Assembly (NCBI GenBank): GCA_024275415.1
Contig: JAJRZD010000114.1
Location: forward strand, 724-64,723
From: an archaeon
Lineage (GTDB): Archaea; Asgardarchaeota; Thorarchaeia; Thorarchaeales; Thorarchaeaceae
DNA: 64,000 nucleotides
Direction of reading: 5' to 3'
Below, in pieces: positions 8,783 through 18,414 of the stretch. Position numbers and translations under genes: made by a program. Position 1 is the stretch's first letter. Every line of letters begins with the position of its first letter. The notes below the pieces were generated by a model that was given only the letters and a program-made list of their open reading frames with translations, did no database searches and had not been told where the DNA came from.

Positions 8783-10384
8783 TTAGTCGAGCTTGACTTC
8801 CCCTTCTTCGATCTCGAAATCCTTGAGCGTGGAGATTGCGGTATCGCCCTCGATTTTTAGGACACCGAGCTTCTCGAGTGCACGTGCGTGTTTGGCAGCA
8901 AGTCCCGAAGCTATACCTAATGCCTTTCCTAGGTCTGCGAATGTCATCTTCCCTACCTCATCGACCAGAAGGAGTACTTTGGTGCTCGCATCTACACCAA
9001 GGACCTTGATGTACCTCTTCGCGCGTTCCTCAGCGAGATCCCGCAGTTGAAGTGACATGTCCCGTTCCTTTTCCATGAGCCGAGTCGCTTTCTCGAAGGC
9101 TTCCCTTTGCATCTCGACAACAGAAACCTTTGATTCGGCTTCTCTCAACTCGTTCTCGAGGTCATAGATCCTTTGCTCTAAATCTCGCACCTCAGAGATC
9201 TTTCCATGCATCCCTTCGATCTCTTTCACTAACCGTTCTGATTCCTTTTGGAGGGACTTGTTCTCCTTTTGGAGTGTGGTCATGCTCCGTTCCATTTCTT
9301 TGATCTTGCTGTTCAATTCATCGTTCTCTTGACGCTTCTCTTCGAGAGTCTTTTCCAAGAGATTGATTTTAGCCTCCAACGCCTTGATTTCTGCGGTATC
9401 TACAGCAGGCACCTTTTCCTTTTTTGATGTGGCTTTCTTGTATACTTCAAGCTGCGTTTGTGCCTCAGCAAGCTGCATCTTGTATTCCTCGATCTCAGCT
9501 CGTGCTGCATCCCGCTCCTTGGTGCGAGCTTCAAGGATTTCTCCTCGCTTGAAGAGCTGTTCTCTGAGATCTGAGATGTCGGCTTCCATATCAGCAATCT
9601 GTCGTTTCATCTCCTCTTCCACGACATCAATCGTCCGCGTCTTATCGAGTTCCTTCTGTAACTCTCTTATTTTCTGCTCAAGGCGTTGGATTTCCAGATC
9701 CTTTGCTTTCAGTGTGTCTCCAGACGCAAAGGCTTCTTCTTCTAAGCTTTGCATGAACGACCTGACAACATCCTGTTGCTGAGCGATAGTTTCTCTCAAC
9801 GCGGTTTCGGTTTCCCTTACTCTCTGAGCGAACTCTTTGAACCGCTCTTGCGTTTCATCGACGATCTTGTCCACGAGTTCTTTTTCCATAGTAGAGAACT
9901 CGGAGTCGACGATATCAACAAAAGTGGACTCGATAACATTCCTGAACATAGGCATTCTGAGCTTCTCTACCATATCTGTTGAGATTATGGTCTTTAGGTC
10001 AACAACCTTTCCTCTGAAGGCAAGAAGTTGGGCTGCAAAGATTCCTACAACTCCTCTTTGCAACGCTGCGATGTCCCCTCTCATGGCTTCAAGTTTCTCA
10101 AGCAACGCATCGAATCCTTCAGATGTGCTTGCCTCTTCAATTATAGACCTGGATCTTGCCTCTGGAGAATCAAGACCTTCGACAAATTCAAGTGCTGTTG
10201 CAGCAGCAGAGATAAGGTCGTCCTCTGAATCGACCCGCACGGAATCCTCTCCTTCAGCATCGCCGTCTGCGAGCCTGACAATATCCCTCTCTGAAAGAGC
10301 AGCCTCCTTCAAAGCCTTCTGCATGGTGAGCTTCTCATCTTCGTTCAGTTTATTACCAGCCATGAGTTTCCCTCTCTGGAGCAA
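8783..10384 (-). CDS. long coiled-coil protein with a C-terminal winged-helix-like domain
   Basis: The 533 aa product has an extended heptad-rich E/K/L/Q central region. A C-terminal wH-like segment (MTFADLGKALGIASGLAAKHARALEKLGVLKIEG) follows it. Confidence 0.5.
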   Translation of the reverse strand: MLQRGKLMAGNKLNEDEKLTMQKALKEAALSERDIVRLADGDAEGEDSVRVDSEDDLISAAATALEFVEGLDSPEARSRSIIEEASTSEGFDALLEKLEAMRGDIAALQRGVVGIFAAQLLAFRGKVVDLKTIISTDMVEKLRMPMFRNVIESTFVDIVDSEFSTMEKELVDKIVDETQERFKEFAQRVRETETALRETIAQQQDVVRSFMQSLEEEAFASGDTLKAKDLEIQRLEQKIRELQKELDKTRTIDVVEEEMKRQIADMEADISDLREQLFKRGEILEARTKERDAARAEIEEYKMQLAEAQTQLEVYKKATSKKEKVPAVDTAEIKALEAKINLLEKTLEEKRQENDELNSKIKEMERSMTTLQKENKSLQKESERLVKEIEGMHGKISEVRDLEQRIYDLENELREAESKVSVVEMQREAFEKATRLMEKERDMSLQLRDLAEERAKRYIKVLGVDASTKVLLLVDEVGKMTFADLGKALGIASGLAAKHARALEKLGVLKIEGDTAISTLKDFEIEEGEVKLD

Positions 10385-10526
10385 GCTACATTTCCATGAT
10401 ATATTGCTTAGGTATAAGCTTTCCTAGAATGGTCTTTCATAGCGCACCACCAACTGAAAGGTTTTTTCACTGGTTCGTTTGCTTCTAAACAAGCGTCCAA
10501 TTGGGTGTTTCTTTGAGTGATGAACA

Positions 10527-11741
10527 TTGACTACAGAGGATTTCTGTCAGCGTCTGAAAGACAAGAAAGTCGGGATTATCGGGTTCAATGCAAGGCCCAT
10601 CGCTTGTTCTGTGAAAAGGCTGGGAGCCGTCACGTATGTATCGGATTATTGGGGCGATTTGGACTTGGCTGCTTGCTCAGACGAGTGGATATCGGTATTG
10701 AGCCCCATTCCTGGGAGCAGGCAAAGGGGGTCATTGGAGGATCCAGTCCATGTTTCGCTAACAGACAACTTCCTTACCGAGTTTACAGATGTGGGATTTG
10801 ATTATGTGCTGATAGGCAGTGGATTTGATGACCACCCAGACTCGTTGGCTATGATCAGCAAGGAATTCTCGTTGACCGGGAATGATGAGTCCCAGTTCCG
10901 TAGAGCAAGGAATAGGGGTCTGATCGAGAAACATCTGAAAGGGACAGTGATACGCATACCTCGACAGATACAGTGTGCGTCCTATGCGGATGTCCTGAAG
11001 GCAAGTGAAAGAATAGGATTCCCCTGTGTGGTGCGTCCGCGTACTTCTGGAGGAGGTTCTGGGATACGACTCTTCCATGACACTGGATCTCTAGAGCAAT
11101 ACCTTTCACATCGAGAGAAATTCAATCTGGTCGTCCAAGAGTACATCTTGGGTAGAGACCTCAGTGTTAGCGTCCTCTGCACAGGAGAGTCCTCGAAAGT
11201 CATCTCACTTCAAGGACAGCTTATTGGAATGCCTTCTGCTGGAAGGAACTGCGATTTCGTATACTGTGGGAACTACATCCCCATTGCTGTCGAAGAGTCT
11301 GTCAGCGACCTTGTCAGGAAGACATCGGAAGTGCTGACGAAGGAGCTGGGGCTGGTTGGATCGAACGGGATTGATTTTGTGGTTGCCGATGACCTGTCGG
11401 TCTATCTTCTGGAAATCAACCCACGATTACAGGGAACGCTTGAGTTACTTGAACGGGCAGGGAGCATCTCAATATCAGAAGCACATATCGATGCAGTATC
11501 GGGACATCTCCCAAGTAACACGCCAAATTGGAAACCAACGGTCAAGATGGTCGTCTATGCACGACGAGATGGGACAGTTCCAGACCTGCAACAGTACCCA
11601 AATAGTGTAGATAGGTCTCCTGAAGGTGTTGTCGTACAGACAGGGGATCCTATCTGCACAATAGTGGAGTCCTTGAATGACCTGACCACTACTTATTCGC
11701 AAGTAATCCGGGTTGCTGATAGAATCCAGAAGGCACTATAA
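10527..11741 (+). CDS. ATP-grasp domain protein (ligase)
   Basis: The 404 aa product carries ATP-grasp signatures (GFPCVVRPRTSGGGSGIRL, LLEINPRLQGT). Its substrate is unknown. Confidence 0.65.
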   Translation: MTTEDFCQRLKDKKVGIIGFNARPIACSVKRLGAVTYVSDYWGDLDLAACSDEWISVLSPIPGSRQRGSLEDPVHVSLTDNFLTEFTDVGFDYVLIGSGFDDHPDSLAMISKEFSLTGNDESQFRRARNRGLIEKHLKGTVIRIPRQIQCASYADVLKASERIGFPCVVRPRTSGGGSGIRLFHDTGSLEQYLSHREKFNLVVQEYILGRDLSVSVLCTGESSKVISLQGQLIGMPSAGRNCDFVYCGNYIPIAVEESVSDLVRKTSEVLTKELGLVGSNGIDFVVADDLSVYLLEINPRLQGTLELLERAGSISISEAHIDAVSGHLPSNTPNWKPTVKMVVYARRDGTVPDLQQYPNSVDRSPEGVVVQTGDPICTIVESLNDLTTTYSQVIRVADRIQKAL

Positions 11742-11859
11742 ACCCCCACACAGCGAAAAATAACAAATCCCATCACGTAACCTCAAAGTATCCTCGGAAT
11801 AATGGCAAAGCTATATCAGAGACGGAGACAAGATATTTTCAAAGCGAGGTTGAGATGAT

Positions 11860-12783
11860 ATGAAGGTTTGCGCCAATTGCGGCAAGTCAAACTTGCCCAC
11901 TCGAAAGTTCTGCATCCGCTGCGGGCGGTCGCTAATCACAGCCTCGTCGAAATCCAGTACAAAATCAAGGCCGGCTCCAGAGATCCCTGAGTTAGGCCGG
12001 ACGGTGACAGGGGCAAGCATGGAAGCTGGTGCCACTACTGAACCGCCTCCCCCTGTAGATGAGGAGGAGGAGTGGGTCAAGCCCAGTCAGGTTCCAAAAG
12101 ACCGAGTCAGAACCACTACCACAAAACGAAAGACAGAGCTAGAAAAGGCAAAAGAGGCGTTCAAACGAGCTGATAAAGTGGGAATCGATGAGGATGGGAC
12201 TGGCGTCATCGAAGCTCGAATGCTCAGAGCAAGCGAGGTTCGTGAACTGATGGAAGGTGTGAGTGAGATGGCTCCTGCAACTCCAGATGTACAACCCTCG
12301 GATGTACCAGAAGTCACACCTCCACCCATCGAAGCACCCAGTCCTCAGGCAATCGAAGAGCAAATCTTAGGAAGCATGTCCGCCTATGTGGACAAACCAG
12401 TCGAACCGCCAGAGGAAGAACCGTTCTCAGAGAGTTTCACCTCCTCACGATATACTGAACCTGTTACAGAAGCACCTGCGCCAGCCGTGCCTGACATGCC
12501 GAAAGATCCAGAAACCGCTTTGGAATTGACAGATGAAACAATTACCACATGTCCACATTGTGGCGAAATAGTAAATATCGATTCGTTCGAGTATCCAAAG
12601 GAAATCTATAGTGCTATGGGATCTGCGCGCATAAAGCAGGCTAGGTTCTTTGTAGTTCAAGGGAAATACGAGGAAGCCCAAAAGGTCGTGCGAATTGCGA
12701 GGTCGTTGTTCCTGAAAGCAGACGACACTACAGGTCTGACTGAAGTGAACAAGCTCGTTGATTCTCTGGCCCGGAGAAATTAG
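11860..12783 (+). CDS. zinc-ribbon protein with an acidic/Pro-rich low-complexity region
   Basis: The N-terminus has CxxC...CxxC (CANCGKS...CIRCGRS). A second pair is CPHCGE. The product is 307 aa and ends in TAG. Confidence 0.45.
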   Translation: MKVCANCGKSNLPTRKFCIRCGRSLITASSKSSTKSRPAPEIPELGRTVTGASMEAGATTEPPPPVDEEEEWVKPSQVPKDRVRTTTTKRKTELEKAKEAFKRADKVGIDEDGTGVIEARMLRASEVRELMEGVSEMAPATPDVQPSDVPEVTPPPIEAPSPQAIEEQILGSMSAYVDKPVEPPEEEPFSESFTSSRYTEPVTEAPAPAVPDMPKDPETALELTDETITTCPHCGEIVNIDSFEYPKEIYSAMGSARIKQARFFVVQGKYEEAQKVVRIARSLFLKADDTTGLTEVNKLVDSLARRN

Positions 12784-13571
12784 GCATTCAACCAAAGGTC
12801 TGTGAACTTCTCGCGTTCAGAAGCGAACTTGGTGTGGTCAGCACACATCATAAGGAACTTCCCATCGTAATTTGCTTCTTTCAGCTCTCGGAAAATCGGA
12901 GTAAACTCGATATTTCCCTCGCCAATTGGCAAGTGTTCATCATAACGGCGTGCGATATCTCTCATCTCTTGAATGCTTAGCGTTCGTTCCTTCTTTATCT
13001 TGATGACCTCATCCACCATGTTCGCGCCATGGTTATCGTGTACAATGACCATCCTGATCCTGTCTGGGAAGCTCTGGACATGACCTAGTGCCCTATTGTT
13101 TCGAGTCATTATCTGTCCGTGTCCGATGTCAAGAGCCATTCCAATTTTCGGGTGCGCGTCAAAAAGGAGCATCAACTCTGTAAAGTACAGTCCTAGGGTT
13201 TCGATTGCAATAGGCACTCCACCATCCCTGACGGCATCACATGCCATAGGTAGTGCGGAAAGGAAGATTTCAATGTCAGTATCATCATAGAAGAGCGTCG
13301 ACAATGTTGTATGGAACGAAACCAGCTCTGCATCAAGGTCCTGTCCAATGTCTATATACGGAACAATATCCTTAGCGAGATCCATCGGGTTCCAATCAGG
13401 ATTGCTTGGAAGATGGAGGGTACATGCGACTCCTGCCTGTTTCAGCAACCGTTTTGCCTCATCAAAATCAATGCTATAATTAAGATCCATTCTCAGGTCT
13501 ATGAAATCAGGGTCATGTTTGAGCGCAAATTCAATCTGTTTGTTATCCCTAGCAAATGTTCCGATTTGCAT
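12780..13571 (-). CDS. sugar phosphate isomerase/epimerase (xylose isomerase-like TIM barrel)
   Basis: The 263 aa product has a TIM-barrel pattern with conserved His, Glu and Asp residues (VSFHT, IAIETLG, LDIGHG, MVIVHDNHG). Confidence 0.55.
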   Translation of the reverse strand: MQIGTFARDNKQIEFALKHDPDFIDLRMDLNYSIDFDEAKRLLKQAGVACTLHLPSNPDWNPMDLAKDIVPYIDIGQDLDAELVSFHTTLSTLFYDDTDIEIFLSALPMACDAVRDGGVPIAIETLGLYFTELMLLFDAHPKIGMALDIGHGQIMTRNNRALGHVQSFPDRIRMVIVHDNHGANMVDEVIKIKKERTLSIQEMRDIARRYDEHLPIGEGNIEFTPIFRELKEANYDGKFLMMCADHTKFASEREKFTDLWLNA

Positions 13572-13771
13572 CTACTTCACCGTACTTGCAAAAAGAGTGA
13601 GAAAGGGGGCTTTTGTCACTTTTGGTTCTAAAACCCTGCAGAGAGGATTGATGGGTTCACGACATTTGAAGGAAATCAAACACTTTTCTCTTGCAACTTG
13701 TCGGAAATATAACAGATAAAGGTCGAATGTTGTTAGATTCTCTCACGATATTCGAATTATTGCTTTGAGCC

Positions 13772-14401
13772 ATGTTCTCGTCCCGAATACGAATATCTTC
13801 GATAGTTTTATCAGAACCATCAATCACTATACTCATACAATCTTTAAGGTGTGTCCATCCCTTGACAGAACAAGTCGCCTATCTTTGGAAACTGGTCTTC
13901 CTAGGTGAGGGTGGGGTGGGCAAGACCTCATTGGTGGGTCGCTATGTCTATGATTCCTTTGAGGGCGATTATCTTGCGACCATCGGAGCTGCCATGCACA
14001 CCAAACCTGTGAAGGTCGATGATACGCTATGCAAACTTGTCATCTGGGACATCGCAGGACAGGATGACTTTGCACAGTTGAGAAAGGCTTACTTCCAGAA
14101 TGCATCAGGAGCTTTCTTCGTTTTTGATACGACTAGACCTGAAACCATTGAGCGAATCGACGAATGGATCGATGCCCTGATCGCAGTGACCGGGAAAATA
14201 CCAATTGTCCTTCTCGAGAACAAGATTGACTTGGAATCCAAGGTGAGCCCGGAGAAAGTCAAGGAAATCACAAAAAGACTCAACCTGAAGCTCATACGAA
14301 CCAGTGCGAAAGAAGACAAGAACGTAGAAGAGTCATTCCTAGAAATGACCCGTGAAATTCTTGAGATATCAAGGGCGAGAAAGCTTAGCTTGGATCAATA
14401 G
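13772..14401 (+). CDS. Ras/Rab-like small GTPase
   Basis: It has G1 GEGGVGKTS, G3 WDIAGQD, G4 ENKID and G5 TSAKE. The true start is probably the internal TTG near 13865, giving MTEQVAYLWKLVFLG. It ends in TAG. Confidence 0.75.
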   Translation: MFSSRIRISSIVLSEPSITILIQSLRCVHPLTEQVAYLWKLVFLGEGGVGKTSLVGRYVYDSFEGDYLATIGAAMHTKPVKVDDTLCKLVIWDIAGQDDFAQLRKAYFQNASGAFFVFDTTRPETIERIDEWIDALIAVTGKIPIVLLENKIDLESKVSPEKVKEITKRLNLKLIRTSAKEDKNVEESFLEMTREILEISRARKLSLDQ

Positions 14402-14416
14402 GTGTGTATGTGAGGT

Positions 14417-14941
14417 ATGTCGATGCGAGACCCAGATTTCATACACAAGCTTGTTTTTCTTGGAGACTCGGGCGTTGGCAAGACATCACTCGTTGAACGT
14501 TTCGTGTACGATAGTCTTGCTACCGACATTGGTAGGACCATTGGTGCCGTACTCCATGTGAAGAAGCTTGAATACAGGAACCGTCTGCACAAGCTTGTCA
14601 TCTGGGATTTAGGAGGTCAGGAGTCCTTCTCGGAGTTGCGTGAACAATACTGTGCCAACGCCTCTGGTGCGTTCTTTGTATTCGATAGGACAAGACCTGA
14701 AACCTTTGAGAGCATCGACAAATGGTTGAGCGCGCTCAGGAGCGCTGCCGGTGATGTGCCGGTCGTCGTCTGTGAGAACAAAGTTGACCTTGAGTCAAAG
14801 ATTTCAGAAGACCGGATACACACAGAGATATCAAGGCGTATCCTCAAGTACATCCAGACCAGTGCGACACAGAATATCCACGTCGAGATGGCGTTCGTAG
14901 CGTTGATACGCGAGATCCATGATAGGATATCAGAGCACTAG
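14417..14941 (+). CDS. Ras/Rab-like small GTPase (tandem paralog)
   Basis: It has G1 GDSGVGKTS, G3 WDLGGQE, G4 ENKVD and G5 TSATQ. The product is 174 aa. It ends in TAG, converging on phoU. Confidence 0.75.
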   Translation: MSMRDPDFIHKLVFLGDSGVGKTSLVERFVYDSLATDIGRTIGAVLHVKKLEYRNRLHKLVIWDLGGQESFSELREQYCANASGAFFVFDRTRPETFESIDKWLSALRSAAGDVPVVVCENKVDLESKISEDRIHTEISRRILKYIQTSATQNIHVEMAFVALIREIHDRISEH

Positions 14942-15636
14942 TGGGGTGCCATGTAGTCTTTTCTCTTGTAAGCTAGTCCGAGTTTCTGTTTCTCGCCAGT
15001 AATCATGTATATTGCTCGTTCTGTGATCTGAAAGGCATGATCCGCAGCTCGTTCAAAGTACCGCCCAACGATGATGTAGAACATCGACATCCGCTCAATC
15101 CCATTCTGTTTCCTGAGATATTCGCTTATTTCAAGGAACATCTCCTCTGTTTCCTTGTCACTCTCAGCCTCGAGTTCCTCAAGTTTATGTACCTGCGACA
15201 GGTCTCCTTGCAGGATGGCACTGCGAGCTATCTCCAGCGTCTGGACGGCAAGATCAGAGAGATGGGGCAGCGAAACGAGTTCCTTGTAATGCGTGTCACC
15301 TTCGCAAAGATGTGCGATATTCGCTACCTTGTAGGCGTATCTACCTATTCGGTACAGGTGATGACATACCTGTAGAAAGGTTGCGAGCTTTCTGAGGTCG
15401 CGTGCCACGGGTTGTCTCCGTGCTATCGTTTCGAATATGTCGCCTTCAATTTTTTCTGATAGCTCCTCAATCCCTATGCTTTGACGCTTCACCTCAGAGG
15501 CAATATCCATGTCAATATCTTTGAAGGCAACGATGGACTGTTGGAGGGCGTCTATAGACTTGTCAAACAGTTCAGATAACCTTCCAGAGATCCGTTCTAT
15601 GTATCCCTCTAACGGGGTCTTCCTTCCAAATACCAT
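14938..15636 (-). CDS. phoU: phosphate transport system regulator PhoU
   Basis: The 232 aa product has two PhoU repeats carrying ERAADHA/ERIGDY-type motifs. It lies directly downstream of pstB. Confidence 0.8.
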   Translation of the reverse strand: MVFGRKTPLEGYIERISGRLSELFDKSIDALQQSIVAFKDIDMDIASEVKRQSIGIEELSEKIEGDIFETIARRQPVARDLRKLATFLQVCHHLYRIGRYAYKVANIAHLCEGDTHYKELVSLPHLSDLAVQTLEIARSAILQGDLSQVHKLEELEAESDKETEEMFLEISEYLRKQNGIERMSMFYIIVGRYFERAADHAFQITERAIYMITGEKQKLGLAYKRKDYMAPH

Positions 15637-15638
15637 TT

Positions 15639-16403
15639 TTATCCAATCCTCCCAGTTATGAACGCCTCAGTCCGTTCATCAGTCGGTGCTTCTGCGATCC
15701 TGCTCGTCTTGTCAAATTCGACTAGCTCTCCCAAGTATAGGAAGGCTGCTTGATCTGAAACACGGAAGGCTTGCTGCACATTATGCGTGACCATAATGAT
15801 GGTGTAGTCTTTCTTTAACTGCACTACCAGCTCTTCAATCTTTCCTGCGCTGATTGGATCAAGAGCGGACACGGGTTCATCCATCAACAGCACTGGAGGG
15901 TCTACCGAAAGAGCCCGTGCGATACACAGGCGTTGTTGTTGCCCACCTGAGAGGTTGGGTGCAGGCTGATCGAGATCATCCTTGACCTCGTCCCAAAGCG
16001 CAGCTTTCTTGAGACAGCTCTCAACAAGATCATCTAGCTCGTCTTCATCGTTCACCCCATGAAGCTTTGGGCCATATGTGATATTATCACGGACGCTCAT
16101 CGGAAATGGGTTTGGGCGTTGAAAGACCATCCCTATGTTCTTGCGCAGGTTGTACACGCTGTAGCCCGGACTGAAGATGTCTTCGCCTCTGAAGCGAACG
16201 ATTCCCTTTCTTCTAAAACTCGGGATGAGGTCATTCAATCGGTTCAGCGTTCTGAGAAATGTCGATTTCCCACAACCGCTTGGTCCCATGATGGCTGTTA
16301 CTGTGTTGTCTTTGAAATAGCAAGATATCCTTTTCAAGACCTGCTTCTTGCCAAACCAAGTGCTCAATTCTTGGACTTCGATGTGATGTTCCCACTCGTT
16401 CAT
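15639..16403 (-). CDS. pstB: phosphate ABC transporter ATP-binding protein PstB
   Basis: It has Walker A GPSGCGKST, the signature LSGGQQQR and Walker B LLMDEP. The ORF-track start at 16568 is rejected. The start is set at the MM codons (16401-16406), which abut the pstA stop at 16403-16405. Confidence 0.85.
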   Translation of the reverse strand: MNEWEHHIEVQELSTWFGKKQVLKRISCYFKDNTVTAIMGPSGCGKSTFLRTLNRLNDLIPSFRRKGIVRFRGEDIFSPGYSVYNLRKNIGMVFQRPNPFPMSVRDNITYGPKLHGVNDEDELDDLVESCLKKAALWDEVKDDLDQPAPNLSGGQQQRLCIARALSVDPPVLLMDEPVSALDPISAGKIEELVVQLKKDYTIIMVTHNVQQAFRVSDQAAFLYLGELVEFDKTSRIAEAPTDERTEAFITGRIG

Positions 16404-17341
16404 CATACAAGCCTCCTTGTCACCCTTCTTGAGATATAATTCGCTATCAGGTCGATGATCAGAACCATTATCAAGAGACCTAACGCAGCCCCATGCGCCT
16501 TCTCCTGTACATATGCCCTCGGATCCGTTATGTATGCCCATATCGTGTAGGGGAGCGAAGCGACCCATGACCCAGAACCACTCAATTCGGTCGGTACGAT
16601 TAGATTGTTGCCAGCAGTGAAAATGAGTGGCGCAGTTTCACCCATTATCCTGCCCACAGCCAACAGAACTCCCGTGATGATACCAGGAAATGCAGCACGG
16701 AGGGTCACATTCCATGTTGTTGACCATTTCGTTGCTCCCAGAGCAAGGGAGGCTTCCCTCAACGACTGGGGCACAGATCGCAACGCCTCTTGTGTGGTCC
16801 GAAGGACAGTCGGGATCATCATGAAGGAGAGTGTCAGACTCCCAGCTAGGACTCCCATCCCCAGTTTCAGGAAATCAACAAGGAACGCGAAGCCGAACGC
16901 ACCGATGACAATAGAGGGCACGCCTGCCAAGACATCGGAAGTGAACTCGACAATGCTTTTGGTCAGTCCGGGCTCGGTGTATTCGTTGATATAGACCGCA
17001 CCAAGCACGCTCAGCGGAATCCCAACACAACTTGCGATGACGACCAGTTCTACCGTGCCGACCAATGCATTTCGGATTCCTCCCTCTAGACTGGGCCCGG
17101 GAAAGGTGAGGAAGAACTCGATTCCTTGACCTGAGCTGCTCCCGAACACCTGCCAAAAACCTATTGACGCGACCTCGAAAAGGACGAGGAAAAACGGTGC
17201 TACTATGACGATTATAGCAACCGATAGGAGTATCTTAAAGAACAAGTCCTTGAGCTCTCGGAACGATTGGTACCGTCCGATAAGGATCCTGATAGTGCCG
17301 TTCACTGGTGTCCTTTGCTCTGTACGTTCAGTGTGTGTCAT
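16403..17341 (-). CDS. pstA: phosphate ABC transporter permease PstA
   Basis: The 312 aa product is a polytopic permease with an EAA-like loop (LREASLALGATKW). It overlaps pstC by 4 nt. Confidence 0.8.
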   Translation of the reverse strand: MTHTERTEQRTPVNGTIRILIGRYQSFRELKDLFFKILLSVAIIVIVAPFFLVLFEVASIGFWQVFGSSSGQGIEFFLTFPGPSLEGGIRNALVGTVELVVIASCVGIPLSVLGAVYINEYTEPGLTKSIVEFTSDVLAGVPSIVIGAFGFAFLVDFLKLGMGVLAGSLTLSFMMIPTVLRTTQEALRSVPQSLREASLALGATKWSTTWNVTLRAAFPGIITGVLLAVGRIMGETAPLIFTAGNNLIVPTELSGSGSWVASLPYTIWAYITDPRAYVQEKAHGAALGLLIMVLIIDLIANYISRRVTRRLV

Positions 17342-18390
17342 CCTGTCATCCCCCTAGTCTTCATCCCCCAGCGTATGAACAGCTTTGCAGTGATTGTGAA
17401 ACAGATTGACATAATCAAGAGAATCAACCCGATGGCAAACAGGGCTGAGCGCCATAATGGGAACACGAAGGCATAGCCCAGTTGGTTCGTGATGATGCTG
17501 GTCATCACATAGACAGGGTCAAAGATCGTGTATGGTATCTGCAACGAGTTGCCTGTGACCATGAGGATCGCCATGGTTTCGCCTACCGCCCTACCTAATG
17601 ACAAGATGACAGCAGCACCTATTCCTGGCAACGCAGCTGATAGTGTTATCTTCCTTGCTGTTTCGCTCTGGGTCGCTCCTAGCGCGTATGAAGCCTCCCT
17701 GAGAGACCGAGGGACTGTCTGGAGGGCATCGGCCGAGATGGTCACTACGGTAGGAAGAAGCATGATGGCAAGGATAATTCCACCAGCGATGAGTGACAAA
17801 CCATTGGTTTCACCTTGGAAAAATGGGATCCATGCCGTCAGGGGGTTGGACTGTAAGGCTGGGGCCAGCGTATTCCCGATGTAAGGCACCAACACGACGT
17901 ATGCCCACAGACCATAGACAATAGAAGGAATTGCAGCCATCATCTCAATTATCATCTTCAGTGGCTGCCTCAGCCGGCCAGGACAATACTCGCTGAGGAA
18001 GATTGCACCAGCAAGCCCAAGTGGCACTGCGATGCCAATAGCAATCCCCGTGCAGAGCAACGAGCCAACGATAAAGATGGCAATCCCATAGCTGTCCCTG
18101 CTCGGATCCCAAGTAGGATTCACGATAATCCCCGGACCGCCCGCAGGATCAGCGAAGATAGGCATCGCCTCGTACCACAGGAATGTCAGGATGAGGATGA
18201 TTATCATCGTGCTTGCAAAAGCGGGGATGAGGAGACCCACTCTGCCTAGCTTGTCAATCCGACTCGGACGGTCGGCATCACGAAAATCGGTGAGTGCATC
18301 CAAGATACGCTGTGGAATAGACTTCACGCGTACGATACGATTCGATGCGACCTCATCCTTCTGGGTTCTTGAATCGTCTTTGGTCACCAT
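17338..18390 (-). CDS. pstC: phosphate ABC transporter permease PstC
   Basis: The 350 aa product is a permease with an EAA-like loop (LREASYALGATQSE). It lies between pstS and pstA. Confidence 0.8.
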   Translation of the reverse strand: MVTKDDSRTQKDEVASNRIVRVKSIPQRILDALTDFRDADRPSRIDKLGRVGLLIPAFASTMIIILILTFLWYEAMPIFADPAGGPGIIVNPTWDPSRDSYGIAIFIVGSLLCTGIAIGIAVPLGLAGAIFLSEYCPGRLRQPLKMIIEMMAAIPSIVYGLWAYVVLVPYIGNTLAPALQSNPLTAWIPFFQGETNGLSLIAGGIILAIMLLPTVVTISADALQTVPRSLREASYALGATQSETARKITLSAALPGIGAAVILSLGRAVGETMAILMVTGNSLQIPYTIFDPVYVMTSIITNQLGYAFVFPLWRSALFAIGLILLIMSICFTITAKLFIRWGMKTRGMTG

Positions 18391-18414
18391 AGATGTGTCT
18401 CCTTCACGTCCTAG

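Noticed and set aside
13772-13864. A 36-residue N-terminal extension of the first small GTPase
   Set aside because: Ras-family GTPases have about 10 residues before the P-loop. An in-frame TTG at ~13865 gives an N-terminus that matches the paralog. The extension is probably untranslated leader.
15639-16568. The ORF-track PstB with a 54-residue N-terminal extension overlapping pstA by 166 nt
   Set aside because: The extension lacks any PstB homology. The conserved N-terminus (MMNEWEHHIEVQEL...) starts at 16401-16406. The start is taken as M56 (16401-16403), which abuts the pstA stop (16403-16405) in a classic coupled arrangement.
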